A stretch of 64,000 nt of DNA from Octopus bimaculoides (Eukaryota), in contig NC_068983.1 in NCBI RefSeq assembly GCF_001194135.2, positions 94,760,659 through 94,824,658 on the forward strand, read 5' to 3'. Positions 50,923 through 62,219 of this stretch are shown here, piece after piece. How positions within the stretch are numbered: the stretch's first letter is position 1; each line of letters opens with the position of its first letter. The translations under genes and the position numbers were made by a program. The notes below the pieces were generated by a model. The model saw only the letters and a list, made by a program, of their open reading frames with translations. It was not told the DNA's origin and did not search any database.

Positions 50923-53900
50923 GACACACATACACACACACACACACACTCTCAGAGTAATGAAAAAGTTAGTAGAAGAATATTGACTACAGGCATAAGT
51001 ATTTCACTAGATTCTCCTTTTTCAAACAGTTGCAGTGATGAATTCTTACCTTCCTCTATTACAGCAATAATAGGAAACATTCTTACAATTTAATGCATTA
51101 GTACAAATTAGATCTCATCCTCAAATGCTACAGATAATTTGTAAAAGACGTATGTGTAAGTGAACAGTTTTTGCTTTTGAAGATACTGTGATTATTATTC
51201 CCAATTTTTGGTAATTAGTGGAAATAATTGGTGTGCCAACTGAATCATTTCCCTTCGTTGTCACTTTTAATGTCAGTTCACTGTTGTGCAAAGCATACAT
51301 TGACCCACATGTTATGCATTTTATCAGGAGATAGGCTTTCAATATAGGATTTAATTTCCATTAATATAAAACAAAATATCTTAAAATATCCCATAAGTTC
51401 AGTGAAAACAATTTTAAAGTATTTTCTGATAAAGAGAGTAACACATGAAAACAAATTCTATAATTCCATCTACATTCACTAATGGAAAGGTTTTAATGAT
51501 TTGGAGTTTTGAACCAGTTTTAGCATAATTACTTGTCTTTCTTGTTAGTTTCTCTCATTTGTCAGGCATTTATTAAATTCAGTGCATAAATAAGTCCTAC
51601 AGATCAGTGACACTCACAAGAGCCATTTGACCTATGTTACAGAATTGCCTAATCACCTACATATTAACATGCAGTATTAAGAGAATAAACCAAATACATG
51701 GCAGACATCAATTTTAATTCTTCACAATAATTTACATATGTTATTGTTTTTTGTTTTTTTCTTATTGTAAATTTGGTTTCCAACAGTGATAGTTTTAGAA
51801 TATTATATAGAGTAGTCACATATACAATAATACAGTTCCAACTTTGATCAAATAAAAAAGTTAAATGTATTTTGGGTTATTTATAGCATTTGTTTTTACT
51901 GCAGGTATAACAGCTTTCCAGTTTGAACTTCCTTACAATTCAAGTGTTTTGAACAGTTGGATGAACATACCTCTATTACTTGCTGGAGTTGATGGGGTAG
52001 CTGGTTTAAATGATGGCATCAGTATTGAAGAGATTGGAAATGCCCGACCTCCACCCGTAACAGTTACTCCTGGAAGAGTGGTAGAATCTGTTGATGTTTC
52101 TGTAGCAACATCACCTAGTAAAGATCTTCCAAACGAAGAAGATCTTGTTGTTATTAAAAAGCTTCCTCCAGATCCCAAAACAGACGACAAACCATCGACT
52201 AGTAATACTGTTGAAGGTAAATGATGTTGTCCTTCTCTTTCTCTCTAAGATATTTCATACTTGTCACAATTTCCTTTTAGAACATACTTTTACTAATTTC
52301 TCTGTTGCTGTGGTGTTTTGCATTTTAATCAGAGGAGGAGAGACAGTGGGCTCTATATGGTAAGCATTCAACTTGATGATTGTTGATAAATTTAAAGAAA
52401 ATGTGATGAGGGAGTACCACTAGGCTACATTTCTTGGGGGCTAATTGCAAACTACTTTCAAGTTCTTGGAGGCAAATCGCTAATTTCAAGTTTTGTGGAT
52501 GAAGCAGAGCTAATATTACAGAATACATATATGGAATTGACAATGCCTTGGGAAGACTTCATGGAGTGGGTACATAAAAGAAGTACCTAAAATATGAGGG
52601 TCTTTGAGAGTTATGTGAGACACATGGAAGCAGTTTACAATTCTTCCAGTGGAAGTGGGATATTGTGAATTTGTATCCACATCTAAAATATCTTACTTGG
52701 CTGACATTGGACTTAAATAACTGAGTAGTGATTCCTGCACTGTTTGTGTAATTAAAGAATGCTTCATCATGGCTGTAGCAGATGAATGTGAAAAAGAGAC
52801 CAAAGCTGAGAATAAGGTACAAAATCTTAAGGGGATAGAAACAAAATAATTGTTGAGTAACAACTGTCTTTGATTTGGTAAGATGACTGCATAAAGAACA
52901 AGATGAAAACACCTTGTTACAACAAGGACAATCCCTGTTAGCATCAATGCTGCTTGGCACTGGAGTGATCTCTAGTTGACATCTTCTAAAACCCCAGAGT
53001 GCAGGCTGTGTATAAAATGATATTTGTAAATATAAAGAAATACCAGTTTACGTGTGTGTATGTATGCAAAGAATTAGATTCCAAGGAAACTAGTGGTTGC
53101 CTACCTAAGTATAATCAGTTAATAAAAGTTTACAAAGCTCAATAGGTTCTGCAAACTCTGTGTGTGTGCACTTGCATGCATATATACATAAGAATCAAGC
53201 TTTGATTTGAAATTACTTTCATTTCTATTCTTAACATCTTTATGATAGTGCCAACTATATTTGTTGATAATTCTGTTAATTTACTTTCAGAGTTATGTTT
53301 GTTATCCTATCGAGATAAAGGAGGTAGCAAAAAGAGTTAAGCATCAGATTATGCTTACGGAGACCTTCAAAACATTTTTTTTTTGTGTGTGTGCTTAACA
53401 TTTACCCATAAAAATTGCAACAATTTTCCTCAGGTTCCTCTGCTTCACAGATCCTAGTTTGACAATTTGGTGTTCAGAATAGAAATTTAGCTGAGTATAT
53501 ATCTCATCTTCCATCCGTTGAAAGAATAATCTGTTTCCTCAAATTTAGTCATTATTAGTCACTGTTTCATTATATTAAGCTTTTCTACTCAGCACAATTT
53601 TACATTAGTGTTTTTTCATGTTTGTCAAGATACACAAAAAGTGAATAAACATTAATTTTCCTTTTCTTTTTTTTTTTCTTTCTTGATTAACAGTCAAGAC
53701 TGTTTTAAAGAAAAACATTAAAGAGAAATCAAATTCCGTATCTGACCCTGTAAATAATCCTTCACAGACCACAGATGACCTCTCACACAAATCAGACAAA
53801 GATGTACGTGATAATACTAAAGACAGTGATACATCAATATCATCAGACAATAATGTTCCACAGCAGACAGATTTAAACCCTTCTCATAATTCTATTCCTC

Positions 53901-54101
53901 AACCACAAAACAAACCCATGTCTGCTCATCAGAAAATTAATCAACGACCAAAGACCCTAGAGCTGTCTAACTCACCTTGTAATCATAGTCTGAATTTAGG
54001 CAACAGCTTAGAGGTTGCTTCAGGCTGGTCATCACATTTCCGTGAAGAAATGAATCCAGAAGTAATGACTGAACCTGCTGAAATAGTTGAAGTTCAAGAT
54101 G
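30508..54101 (+). CDS. PLEKHM1: Pleckstrin homology domain-containing family M member 1 homolog, 5' part: join(30508-30526,36002-36104,40196-40274,41930-41974,43471-43566,48588-48667,50526-50596,51905-52216,53694-54101,...); 3' exons lie beyond the window
   Basis: The GT-AG chain is phase-consistent. The RUN domain reads LCDILEAIFLHGL...FWKFISRFTHK...KTDVGYCRVWIRLALNDG...YLRDLE...QGITAFQFELPYNSSVLNSW, paralleling human PLEKHM1 as recalled (MCSALEAVFIHGL / TDVGRCRAWLRLALNDG / [20 protein letters not shown]). Confidence 0.9.
32600..32830 (-). mobile_element. Gypsy-type gag N-terminal remnant
   Basis: AIKLKLPTYWSND resembles the KLP.FW..DP gag motif; no LTR seen. Confidence 0.4.
33100..33530 (-). 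mobile_element. tRNA-derived SINE, same family as 20165-20555
   Basis: Reverse complement of the 20165 copy along its length. Confidence 0.8.
34285..34332 (+). CDS. PLEKHM1: Candidate 48-nt cassette exon of PLEKHM1 (GAVFESSNNPLASKIL)
   Basis: Acceptor ctcattgtccctAG; donor GG|GTAAGT; phase 1-1; open in the gene frame. Confidence 0.5.
36002..36104 (+). CDS. PLEKHM1: PLEKHM1 exon (DEDKENARKVKITKELSKTLKALQASQMFDEPVQ-S)
   Basis: Acceptor tttattcAG; donor GTCAGT; KALQ motif at the start of the RUN domain. Confidence 0.88.
36434..36794 (+). mobile_element. tRNA-headed, hammerhead-bearing short element, copy B, nested in the piggyBac
   Basis: 12-bp direct flanks ATGAATATTACA (36422-36433 and 36795-36806); inverted 3' copy at 36434-36549; A box TAGCATAGTGG; B box GTTCGATTCC; (AAT)n; hammerhead core. 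Confidence 0.82.
36706..36751 (+). ncRNA. Minimal type I hammerhead ribozyme motif
   Basis: Stem I GACAC/GUGUU; CUGAUGA-A; stem II GGCUG/CAGCC; GAAA; palindromic stem III (AACGUU); predicted cleavage after GUU at 36746. Confidence 0.7.
40196..40274 (+). CDS. PLEKHM1: PLEKHM1 exon (SNELSNRLCDILEAIFLHGLKEPVTHK)
   Basis: RUN motif LC..LEAIF.HGL; acceptor ttttgaAG; donor GTAAAA. Confidence 0.92.
40287..40855 (-). mobile_element. (TAA)n-tailed retro-repeat starting 12 nt after a PLEKHM1 exon
   Basis: Second copy in opposite orientation at 62955-63452, flanked there by TAA runs. Confidence 0.7.
40880..41090 (+). mobile_element. tRNA-derived SINE (MetaSINE-like core)
   Basis: GAGTTCAAATTCC and TTTCATCCTTTCGGGGTTGATAAAATAAGTACCAG. 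Confidence 0.65.
41930..41974 (+). CDS. PLEKHM1: PLEKHM1 45-nt exon (LKMFMQPTSGQVTTL)
   Basis: Acceptor tttccAG; donor GTAAGT; phase 0-0; fills the HGL-to-FW loop. Confidence 0.75.
42518..42556 (+). CDS. PLEKHM1: Candidate 39-nt cassette exon of PLEKHM1 (RAITKMFAGSIKL)
   Basis: Strong donor CTG|GTAAGT; open only from the most distal AG of the tandem CAGAAGTAG; phase 0-0. Confidence 0.35.
42625..42842. mobile_element. Decayed piggyBac-type MITE
   Basis: TTAA on both sides with degenerate CCCTTTAGCATT-type ends; a related end is at about 49050. Confidence 0.5.
43471..43566 (+). CDS. PLEKHM1: PLEKHM1 exon (NFWKFISRFTHKNVIAQIQDLNQIKTDVGYCR)
   Basis: RUN motifs FW and TDVG.CR; acceptor aaacAG; donor GTAAGT. 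Confidence 0.94.
44133..47430 (-). mobile_element. Internally deleted Helitron with RepHel N-terminal remnant
   Basis: Minus-strand A|TCTATA 5' end at 47430; 3' hairpin CCCAGGCAATGCCAGG then TTAG|T at 44133; CHFCKALKFPNE..CCSGGRVRLP and FLNNIGQYNSAFQMT..FMPTFKVQ..VYH motifs. Confidence 0.82.
46275..46772 (-). repeat. About seven 66-70 bp (mostly 69 bp, 23 aa) coding repeats in the Helitron N-terminus
   Basis: (C/T)TGCAGCA-type anchors at 46393, 46463, 46529, 46598, 46667 and 46736; EMRLSQDQQRH-like units. Confidence 0.85.
48588..48667 (+). CDS. PLEKHM1: PLEKHM1 exon (VWIRLALNDGILGSYIDVMTADVQAL-D)
   Basis: RUN motif W.RLALNDG; acceptor tttgtAG; donor GTGAGA. Confidence 0.94.
50526..50596 (+). 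CDS. PLEKHM1: PLEKHM1 exon (DSFYHHLSYLRDLEQPGILKSYVQ-G)
   Basis: RUN motif FY...LRD.E; poly-T tract plus aaAG; donor GTAAAT; phase 2 to 1. Confidence 0.92.
51905..52216 (+). CDS. PLEKHM1: PLEKHM1 exon (GITAFQFELPYNSSVLNSWMNIPLLLAGV...STSNTVE)
   Basis: End of the RUN domain plus linker; acceptor ctgcAG; donor GTAAAT; lies within track ORF 51865-52224. Confidence 0.92.
52333..52359 (+). CDS. PLEKHM1: Candidate 27-nt microexon of PLEKHM1 (EEERQWALY)
   Basis: Branch point TACTAAT at 52291-52297; UGC motifs at 52306 and 52319; acceptor ttttaatcAG; donor G|GTAAGC; phase 1-1; in frame. Confidence 0.6.
53694..54101 (+). CDS. PLEKHM1: PLEKHM1 linker exon (VKTVLKKNIKEKSNS...EIVEVQD-)
   Basis: Long pyrimidine tract plus aacAG; 408 nt open in frame; donor G|GTAAGT at 54102. 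Confidence 0.85.
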
Positions 54102-56504
54102 GTAAGTCAGCAGTTTTGTCATTTTGCTCCAACTTCATTTCTGTTCTGCTATTCCTACACTTCTGATATCAAACAACTACTACTAATAAACAGCTTTTTA
54201 ATACCACAAACATTTGCATGAAAAGCTCTTTTGTCTTCATTAAAGAACATCAGTGATATCTCGATATCAGATTATAATCTTGATCCAGTTTTGCTTCCTC
54301 ATCATTTCATTTAACCTGTCTTTGCTGCTGCTTCCTTGAGATAGAGAGATCTTGTTATTTACTAACTAGACACTGTATCAACTATATAAAGATGTGGCAA
54401 TGTTTTTTATAATAATCAAATGAAATCAACTTTACCTTCCATTCTTTTGGGGTTAACAAAGTACCAATCCAGAATGATGGGTTAGCATAATTATTAGAAC
54501 ACTAGCTTAAAAGCCACCCTATCGGGTGACTTTTCAGCTGGCTCCTGTAGAGTGTTCAACAATGATACTTCATGCATTGAGTACATGTTAAATTTTATTA
54601 AACTTGACCAATATTTTTCAAGTAATGAACAATTTTCATAAAAATAATGATNNNNNNNNNNNAATGATATCATTTGTCAACTTGGAACTTATTGCAAAGC
54701 TGCATGATAAACATTTTTTTGTCTTCCCATTCGGGGGGGTCAGTACAATTTTTTTTCTATCTAACCTCTTTCTTTCTCTCTCTCTCTCTTTCTGTTGATT
54801 ATTTTAAACCGTCACTAGTACCACCAGTATCACCACCACAACTGCCATACATACACCATTCAGACTTCAACGTCACCACCATCAATACCTTTGACTTTGC
54901 CGCCTTCCCCACCACCACCATCACCACTGTCTTTCACATCATTTACTATCACCGTTGTCCCTGACCGCCTTGGCTACCACCACCACCATCACTGTTGCCT
55001 CCGTCTCTATCACAACTACAGCCCATACTACCACCCCATTACCATCACAACCATCAATCTACTACCACCCTCACCATCTCTATGCCTACTATTACTCTCA
55101 CTCCAGCAGGAGGAATAGTAGATGTGTCATTGAATAGTGAGAGAGGGGGTCAAAGTGTGATACACTGACACACAAATTTGTTTTGGCATTTATTATTATA
55201 GATTACATGAGATTTCTTGTAGTATATCTTCTGGCTCTTTGCATTCTGTTGGCAGTGACAATATGACACTGATGCCTAGGTGTATCAGCCTTTACCTTTC
55301 ACTTGGACAACATTAGTGTCATGGGGAGAGGAGGCTTAGATGCTTGGGCAACTGCTGGTTTTTCATAAAATCTTTGTCCAAACCTACATCTAAGAGAAGA
55401 ACTTTCCAGGTGCAGACATTGCCTCATGAGACATTCAGAAGCCCTAGAATACTATTCTTACTATAATATATATAACTGAAGCTTACTTCAGCCTTAGATA
55501 TCTTAGAGAGACATCACATTCTTCTTTAAAGATGTTCTGAGCTTCAATGTCTTTTATAGAATAGTCAGAGGTGGAGTGGTAGGACTTTTTAAACATTGCA
55601 GACACTCCAGGACTAGTGAGATTGACATAGTTATGTTCAGTTTGTAGGAAAAATGCTGTCACAAAGGATTACTATTGTGAGGAGGGGAAGATTAAGCAAA
55701 ATATTAGGATATATAGTAACATACAGTAAGTAGGATATACAGGCCATTGTAGATGCAGTCAAAATAGACATGATAAAGAAAAAAGCAGCGTTTCTGTGAG
55801 CTAGAATGTTTGTTTGTTGGCGATTGAATCTTTCTCAATTTGTTTGCAATTGAATCTTTTCCAATCAGAGATGCAGTCTAGAAAATTTGTGTGTAAAGTA
55901 GTAGCACTATTCCATAGATGTGAGCAATACTCTAATGTCAGATTTGTGGAGTTCAGCAACTGATTAGGGTTGAAGTGATATTTTCATCTTTGTGATGCAG
56001 TTTTGACAGTGACATTGTAAGATCTTGCACATGTAGCATCTTTTGAATTAATAAAAATTAATGAAAAATTGCAACTGCACAGAGACTTTTGATATTGGTA
56101 ATGAATCAAATATACACTGAACTGAGAAAAGGCACCAGCTTCAACAATGGACATGACAGGAGTAACTATAATGATACTTAACTGAAGTAAAATTCTCGCA
56201 ATGTAATTTCTTAATGAGGTTGCCTAAAGAGGAAAGTATATGATTAGAGATTGCTGGTATCTTTCGATTTGTAAAGATTGCAGTTAGATCATTGGGTAGG
56301 ACTTAATAGCTTATGTTGCTGATGAAAAGATGGTTGGTTGAAGAAGCTGATTCAGCATAGGCAGTTCAGTAGTTGCAAAAAGATGCAATAGTTGAGACAT
56401 TCAGTGTAATTGTCAACATTGATTAAAAATAGAGGTGGTAGTGCAACTCGCAACATTTAAACTTTCATTTTCTGCAGTTTTATATTTATATTTCCATGTT
56501 TACA

Positions 56505-57302
56505 TGGCTGTTCCTACCTTTACTGGCAACAAAGGGCCTCTCCCTCAGAGTGAAAGACAGATTGTATAATGCCTGTATGTGAACAGCTATGCTACACAGC
56601 AGTGAAACATGGGCTGTGACAGCTGAGGACATGCATAAGCTTGAAAGAAATGAAGCCAGTATGCTTCACTGGATGTGTAATGTCAGTATGCATATTCAAC
56701 AGCGTGTAAGCATCTTGAGAGAAAAGTTGGGTATAAGAGGCATCAGATGCATTGTGCAAGAGACAACTGTGCTGATATGGTTGTTTGATACATATGGACG
56801 AGGATAGATGTGTAAAGAAGTGCTGATCTCTAACTGTTGAGGGAACTTGTGGTAGAGGTAGACCCAGGAAGACATGGGACAAGGTGGTAAAGCATGATCT
56901 TCGAACTTTGGGCCTCACAGTGGCAATGACTAGTGATCGAGACCTCTGGCGATATGCTGTGCTTGAGAAGACCTGTCAAGCTATGTGAAATCATAATTAT
57001 GGCTGATGTTACATAATTGGTACTTGTGTCAGTGGCATGTAAAAAGCACCTTTCAAGTATTGGGCCTCATAGAGGCTATGACCAAGACCTTTGGCATTAT
57101 GTTGTGCTTGAGAAGAGCCATACGCACCACACGAGCATATCGCCAAAGGTCTCGTTCACTAGTCATTACCATTGTGAGGTCCAAAGTTCAAAGATCGTGC
57201 TTTACCACCTTGTCCCATGTCATCCTGGATCTACCTCTACCACAGGTTCCCTCAACAGAGATCAGCACTTCTTTACACAGCTATCCTTGTCCATATGCAT
57301 CA
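56505..57302. mobile_element. Two RTE LINE 3' fragments tail-to-tail (+ 56505-56990; - 57135-57302)
   Basis: LHSSETWAVTAED..RNEASML..GRGRPRKTW on +, with its reverse complement downstream. Confidence 0.85.
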
Positions 57303-58246
57303 CACGACTTATCAGCCAACTAAAATCACAGTTGTGGCAGGTACTGGTGTCATGCAAGTGGTTTCTATGGCTGAATGCCCTTCCTAGGTGTTTTTTTAAC
57401 ATATTGTTTGCTTCTTTCAAATAACTGCATCTTCAGTTTATCAAAGTTTATTATTGTGCATTACTACCATAATTTCCCCATCCAACATACTCAACCACCA
57501 AAATATTGGGTGCAACTGCTATTGTCATGTTTGCTTACTCTGATATCTTACTTTTTACTGATGCTTGGAAGCCCAATAAAATAAATATTTTTTTATAAAT
57601 TTCATTATTTTAGCAAGCTATTTGAATACTGTGTGTTTCAGTTGTGTACAATGTATTGCTTGTAGCCTAGATCTATGTAAAGTTTGAGGTGTATGGAAAA
57701 AAATGTTTACACATTTTGGTACATAGCAACAAAATATCTTTCAGATATTGATGATCATGATATTTAGTATTGGTAGCTGCCGTAGTAGTGCGATACTATC
57801 TGCATCTGAAGAGAAAAGTTTCTTTGGTTTTTTTTATTTGTTAAGATTGGATCAAATATTATTTCTAGTCCAGTAACAAATTTAGATGGGTGCACCTCAA
57901 ATGTTGTCAGAGACTTTTTATTGTGTCATTCAGCAAGACACAATACTGTTATCCTCAATAATTAAGCAGAATCACAACAGATGATCAAAAAAAGTCATGA
58001 AATCATATTTTGTCTCTGATTCAGCTGTACATCTTTTAGTCTAGTTGTGAAACCTGCAGTTACTTCAATAATACGGTCATGACAGTATTTTATAACTGTG
58101 AGTATTTTGTTCACTTACAGTGTTAACTCAGTTTTATTTGTGTTGTAGTGTTTATGATAATGTAGCCTCTCATTTCAGGGAACACATTATAATTAGATAT
58201 TTGTCTATCCCTTACATAGACAATATAGTTTTATTTATATCATATA

Positions 58247-60722
58247 CCAGTAATGCATCCTGGCGTTGCCTGAATGCTACAACCTACAGCTACATTGTAT
58301 TATTTGTTCCTTTTTTTAAGGGCAGAATTGGCACACAAGGGGTATGAAGCAAACAGCTCTTCTTTATAAACATGTTTTTTGGTCATTTTGTGATGAACAA
58401 TGCTGAAATTTTTGACACCAAAAACATGTACAATAGCGACTTAGATTAGAAAGAAATCTAAACATTGGCCCCAAAATGACCTAAAAATTGTGCAACCAAG
58501 CCGCGTTTGGTGTTAATTTTTGTAGTAAAATAGGTTTGCTGTGCCAAAAACTTACTTTACACTGGTAGCTGAAAGGTTGCTCAATGTTTTGATATCTGAT
58601 ACAGCAATATTGGCAACTCATTTTCATGGTTACAAATTGGGTAATGTAGAAGCTGAAATAGTTCTTATTCACCCCATAATATTTGTTGATAACTGTGAGC
58701 CGCACAGATATACATTAGCTTCCCCAATGAAAAGGTCATGTCCAAAAGTACTATGGTTTTCTGCAAGCATATTTGGTATCAGTTTATATCAATGTTGAGG
58801 CCAACAGAATAAAGAAGGGACTTTTGGGGCTGTATATATATGTACATATATAAGGATATGAGTAAACAGTGTTATTAATGTGGGCAGTTTGGCATAAATG
58901 TATATGGACACTGTGCTTCTTGAAAAGAAATGGGTTATGCTGGTATGCAGAGGTTGGGCAGTAGTAATGGAGCGATGTATGGCTTCATGGTTGATGAACT
59001 ATGAAAGCCTAAGAAATAAATTATCTTTACAGACCATGTTTGGAATTATCTATATAATTGATAGCAAAGTGTGTATGAAATGAAATTAAAATCGGGTTTA
59101 GTCATATACCGATGAAGTTAGTGAAGTTGTAACATGTTGTTCACAACATAGTGTCTCCATACATTATAATGAGAAATTGAAAGAGAGAGATAATGCCAAT
59201 TTTTTTTTTACATGTAGTATTTCAGTAGAATTCTATGCATGTGTGAAACATTAGACGAAAGTGAAACATGAGAAGCAACTTGAAATGTTGCCAGAAAATG
59301 ACCGCAAAATTGTGCGATCCAACCTAATTTCCGAAGTTATTTTATAGTAAAAAGAGTTATGCGAAAAATATACTTTATTTGGTAGCTAAAAATTACTGAA
59401 TCTTTTGATGCCCCATATGTCAAAATGAGCAACTGAGTTTTTGAATCCATGAGGAACATTCAAACAAACACACACACACAGTAGCTTTTTGAAAATGTTG
59501 AGGTTATGGTTAGATGTTGGGGAAGGAGATGTTAGTGTTTCTTCAAGAAAAAAGAAAAGAAAATTCTTAAAAATTCATACTGTCTGTTTCTCTGAGGATT
59601 ACTAAGAAAAAGATGTGGAAAAAAAATTAAAAAATGAAGAAATTGGGGTTGGGAGGGAGAAACTTAAAATATTGAGAATGTGTTTTTGGGTTAAATGCAA
59701 ATCTCTTGTATGGAAAACATAGGATGTGAATAAATTTTGGGAAAAAATAAGGGATAGGGGTACAAATGTCAGACATGCTAGAAACATCAGGTAAAAGTCA
59801 GGATTTCTGGGATAACTTCCTTGTAAGTTTATTTGGAAGATCAGGTTTTGAAATACACTCACCACAAACAGGAATGACAGAATAAGATTTGAGCTGTAAT
59901 TTTGCATGTACATGCAGTAAGATATAACATAATTCATACAGAACTTTTACCTAGAGTGCGTGTGTGTGTGTGTGCCAAAGGAAGTTATTTTTACATACCT
60001 TTCTTAATTCCAAAAGAAGAAAAAGTTGGAGAATACTTTCAAAATTGTAGTTGAGCCATGATTGTGAAGACATGAAGAAGTGTGTGTGTGCATATTTGTA
60101 GGATTGATGCGCCTGAGAAACATGTATGAATTATCTATATAATTGATAGTGAAATATGTAAAAATGGAATGAAATCCAGGTTTCGTCATATATCGATGAA
60201 GTTAGTGAAGTTGTAGCATGTTGTTGACAACATAGTGTCTCCATGCATTATAATGAGAAATTGAAAGAGAGAGATAATGCCAAGTTCTATGCATGCATGA
60301 AGCATCGGACGAAAGTGAAGCATTAGAAGCAAATCAAAATATTGCCGAAAAATGACCTCAAAATCGTGCAACCTGACCTTGTTTCCAAGGTTATCAGCAT
60401 CACCTTCTTTCCCACTTTCCCCCTTTCTTTGTGCTGGCTTTCTTTCACCTTCATCTATAGAACATACATACAATATCAAATGTCAGCATGTCTCTCTCTC
60501 TCTCTCCCACTATCCCTCTGACTTTCAACTTCTCCTATAGAAAGTTGTTTTCTCTGTTTCTTTCTCTCTTCTCTCTGTCTTTTTCTTCTTCTGTTTCTCT
60601 CATTCACACATATTCTAGAAAGATTATAATGTTAAATTTTTGTAATGCAAATATGTAAATGAAAATAAAGTTTATTTGGCAGCCGAAAGATTACTGAATC
60701 TTTTGAATCCATAAGGAACATA

Positions 60723-60782
<60 letters not shown>

Positions 60783-60814
60783 TACACACACACTCACTCT
60801 TTTATATATTAAGA
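58247..60814 (-). mobile_element. Non-autonomous Helitron related to 44133-47430
   Basis: A|TCTTAA 5' end at 60814; CAGGCAACGCCAGG hairpin then CTGG|T at 58247; shares internal modules with the first Helitron. Confidence 0.7.
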
Positions 60815-62219
60815 TGAACTAAAAAGAAAAATAGATAGATGCAACATACTCTGAATGGAACCCTGCATTCCACACTACATCTCTCAAACATTCTCTGATT
60901 GGCATACTACATTACACCCAATGTGTCTTGACTAACATACTTCACCCTTGCAACATCATACAACATTGACAGGTGACCTTCTACTACTTTATCCTTGCAT
61001 CTTGAGAGAGTATGGCAACAAATCTTGATAAGTTGCTAAATGACAGTCAAACTGGTTTGATCAGTCCTCATTCTAAGCTGCTGAAAAGATCCTCTTTGAC
61101 TTAATTTCACAATATGGTTAAACATATATGGATATTACTACATATGTAAAAGATTCTTTATATTTGTTGGTTTATATTAGGTTATATTAGGATTTTATTT
61201 TCGTACTATGAGATCTTATTTAATGATATATGTTTTTGTTTGTTTTATGATATTCCAAGATATTAGAATTGTTGTTTTCAACTTTCTCACAGGGAATTCT
61301 GAAATGATAATTGTAATTTTGAATAGGAGCAAGCATGGCTATATGTAGTTGAGAAGTTCACTCAAAAAACATGTTTCCAGGTGGTACCTTGGCCAAGTGA
61401 CTTCTATCACTCAAGTTGATGAATGCCTTGTGATTGAATTTGGTTGACAGAAACTGTACAAGGTTCAGTGCACGTGTGTGTGTACATGCTTTACATTTGT
61501 GCTTCACTGAAAATCAGTGAGCTACAAGCAATGATGATGTTGTCACCCTTATCATCCACTAGCTCTGCACTTTTGAAGATGTGTGGCGTAAGAAACCTCT
61601 TACATGAAAAGTAAGTAAGGGTTAGTGCCAGGAAAATCATGGCTGTAAAACAATTCATCATTAATGTATTTGTTAAATACATGCTAGCCTGGAAAAATGA
61701 ATGTAAAAATGAACAAATAAATGAACTTTATAACTGAGTAGAGAAGATATTGATTCATCAATTGAATGTATGTTCTGAGGTCTGGAGAGAGAGAGGGGGG
61801 AGGGAGAGGGACAGAGAGAGAGACACACACACACACTTAATTGCCTAACACAGTACATCATACTGTGGAGATTACATATCATGTTGTTAGAGAATAGTAG
61901 ATCAGAGCTAAATTCATTCGCTTGTCTATACTGAACTTGGAGTTATGTACAGGCTTCTATCAATTTATCTTTAATTGTATTATCTTTGTGTTAGAAATAA
62001 GGTGATAAAAAAAGATTTGTTATAGATAAGTTGATCAGTTTCAAGATATTTTGTGTGAGGTATATACTTGAGGAAATACGTAAAAGGTGTACAACTACAG
62101 TCATCATTGTTTGTCTTTATAGAGAATCTTATAAAATGAACAATTTGCATTAACATAGAAACAGTTCATACTAATAAACAGTTGATTTGAATTAATCCAA
62201 AATTTTAATAGCATCTGAC

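Larger units (their letters stand above)
3063..54662. other. Assembly gaps: 3063-3478, 5743-6218, 7664-7673, 15415-15457, 24328-24632, 28308-29104, 44082-44090, 49476-49668, 54652-54662
   Basis: Runs of N. Confidence 0.98.

Noticed and set aside
52540-52960. Possible RT remnant (WDIVNLYPH)
   Set aside because: A single motif with no supporting neighbours.
54891-55137. Pro/Thr/His-rich ORFs after the last PLEKHM1 exon
   Set aside because: Low-complexity CAC/CAT sequence with no matching splice sites.
61518-61610. 93-nt segment ending in GTAAGT as the next PLEKHM1 exon
   Set aside because: It is open only in phase 2, whereas phase 1 is required, and the acceptor lacks a pyrimidine tract.
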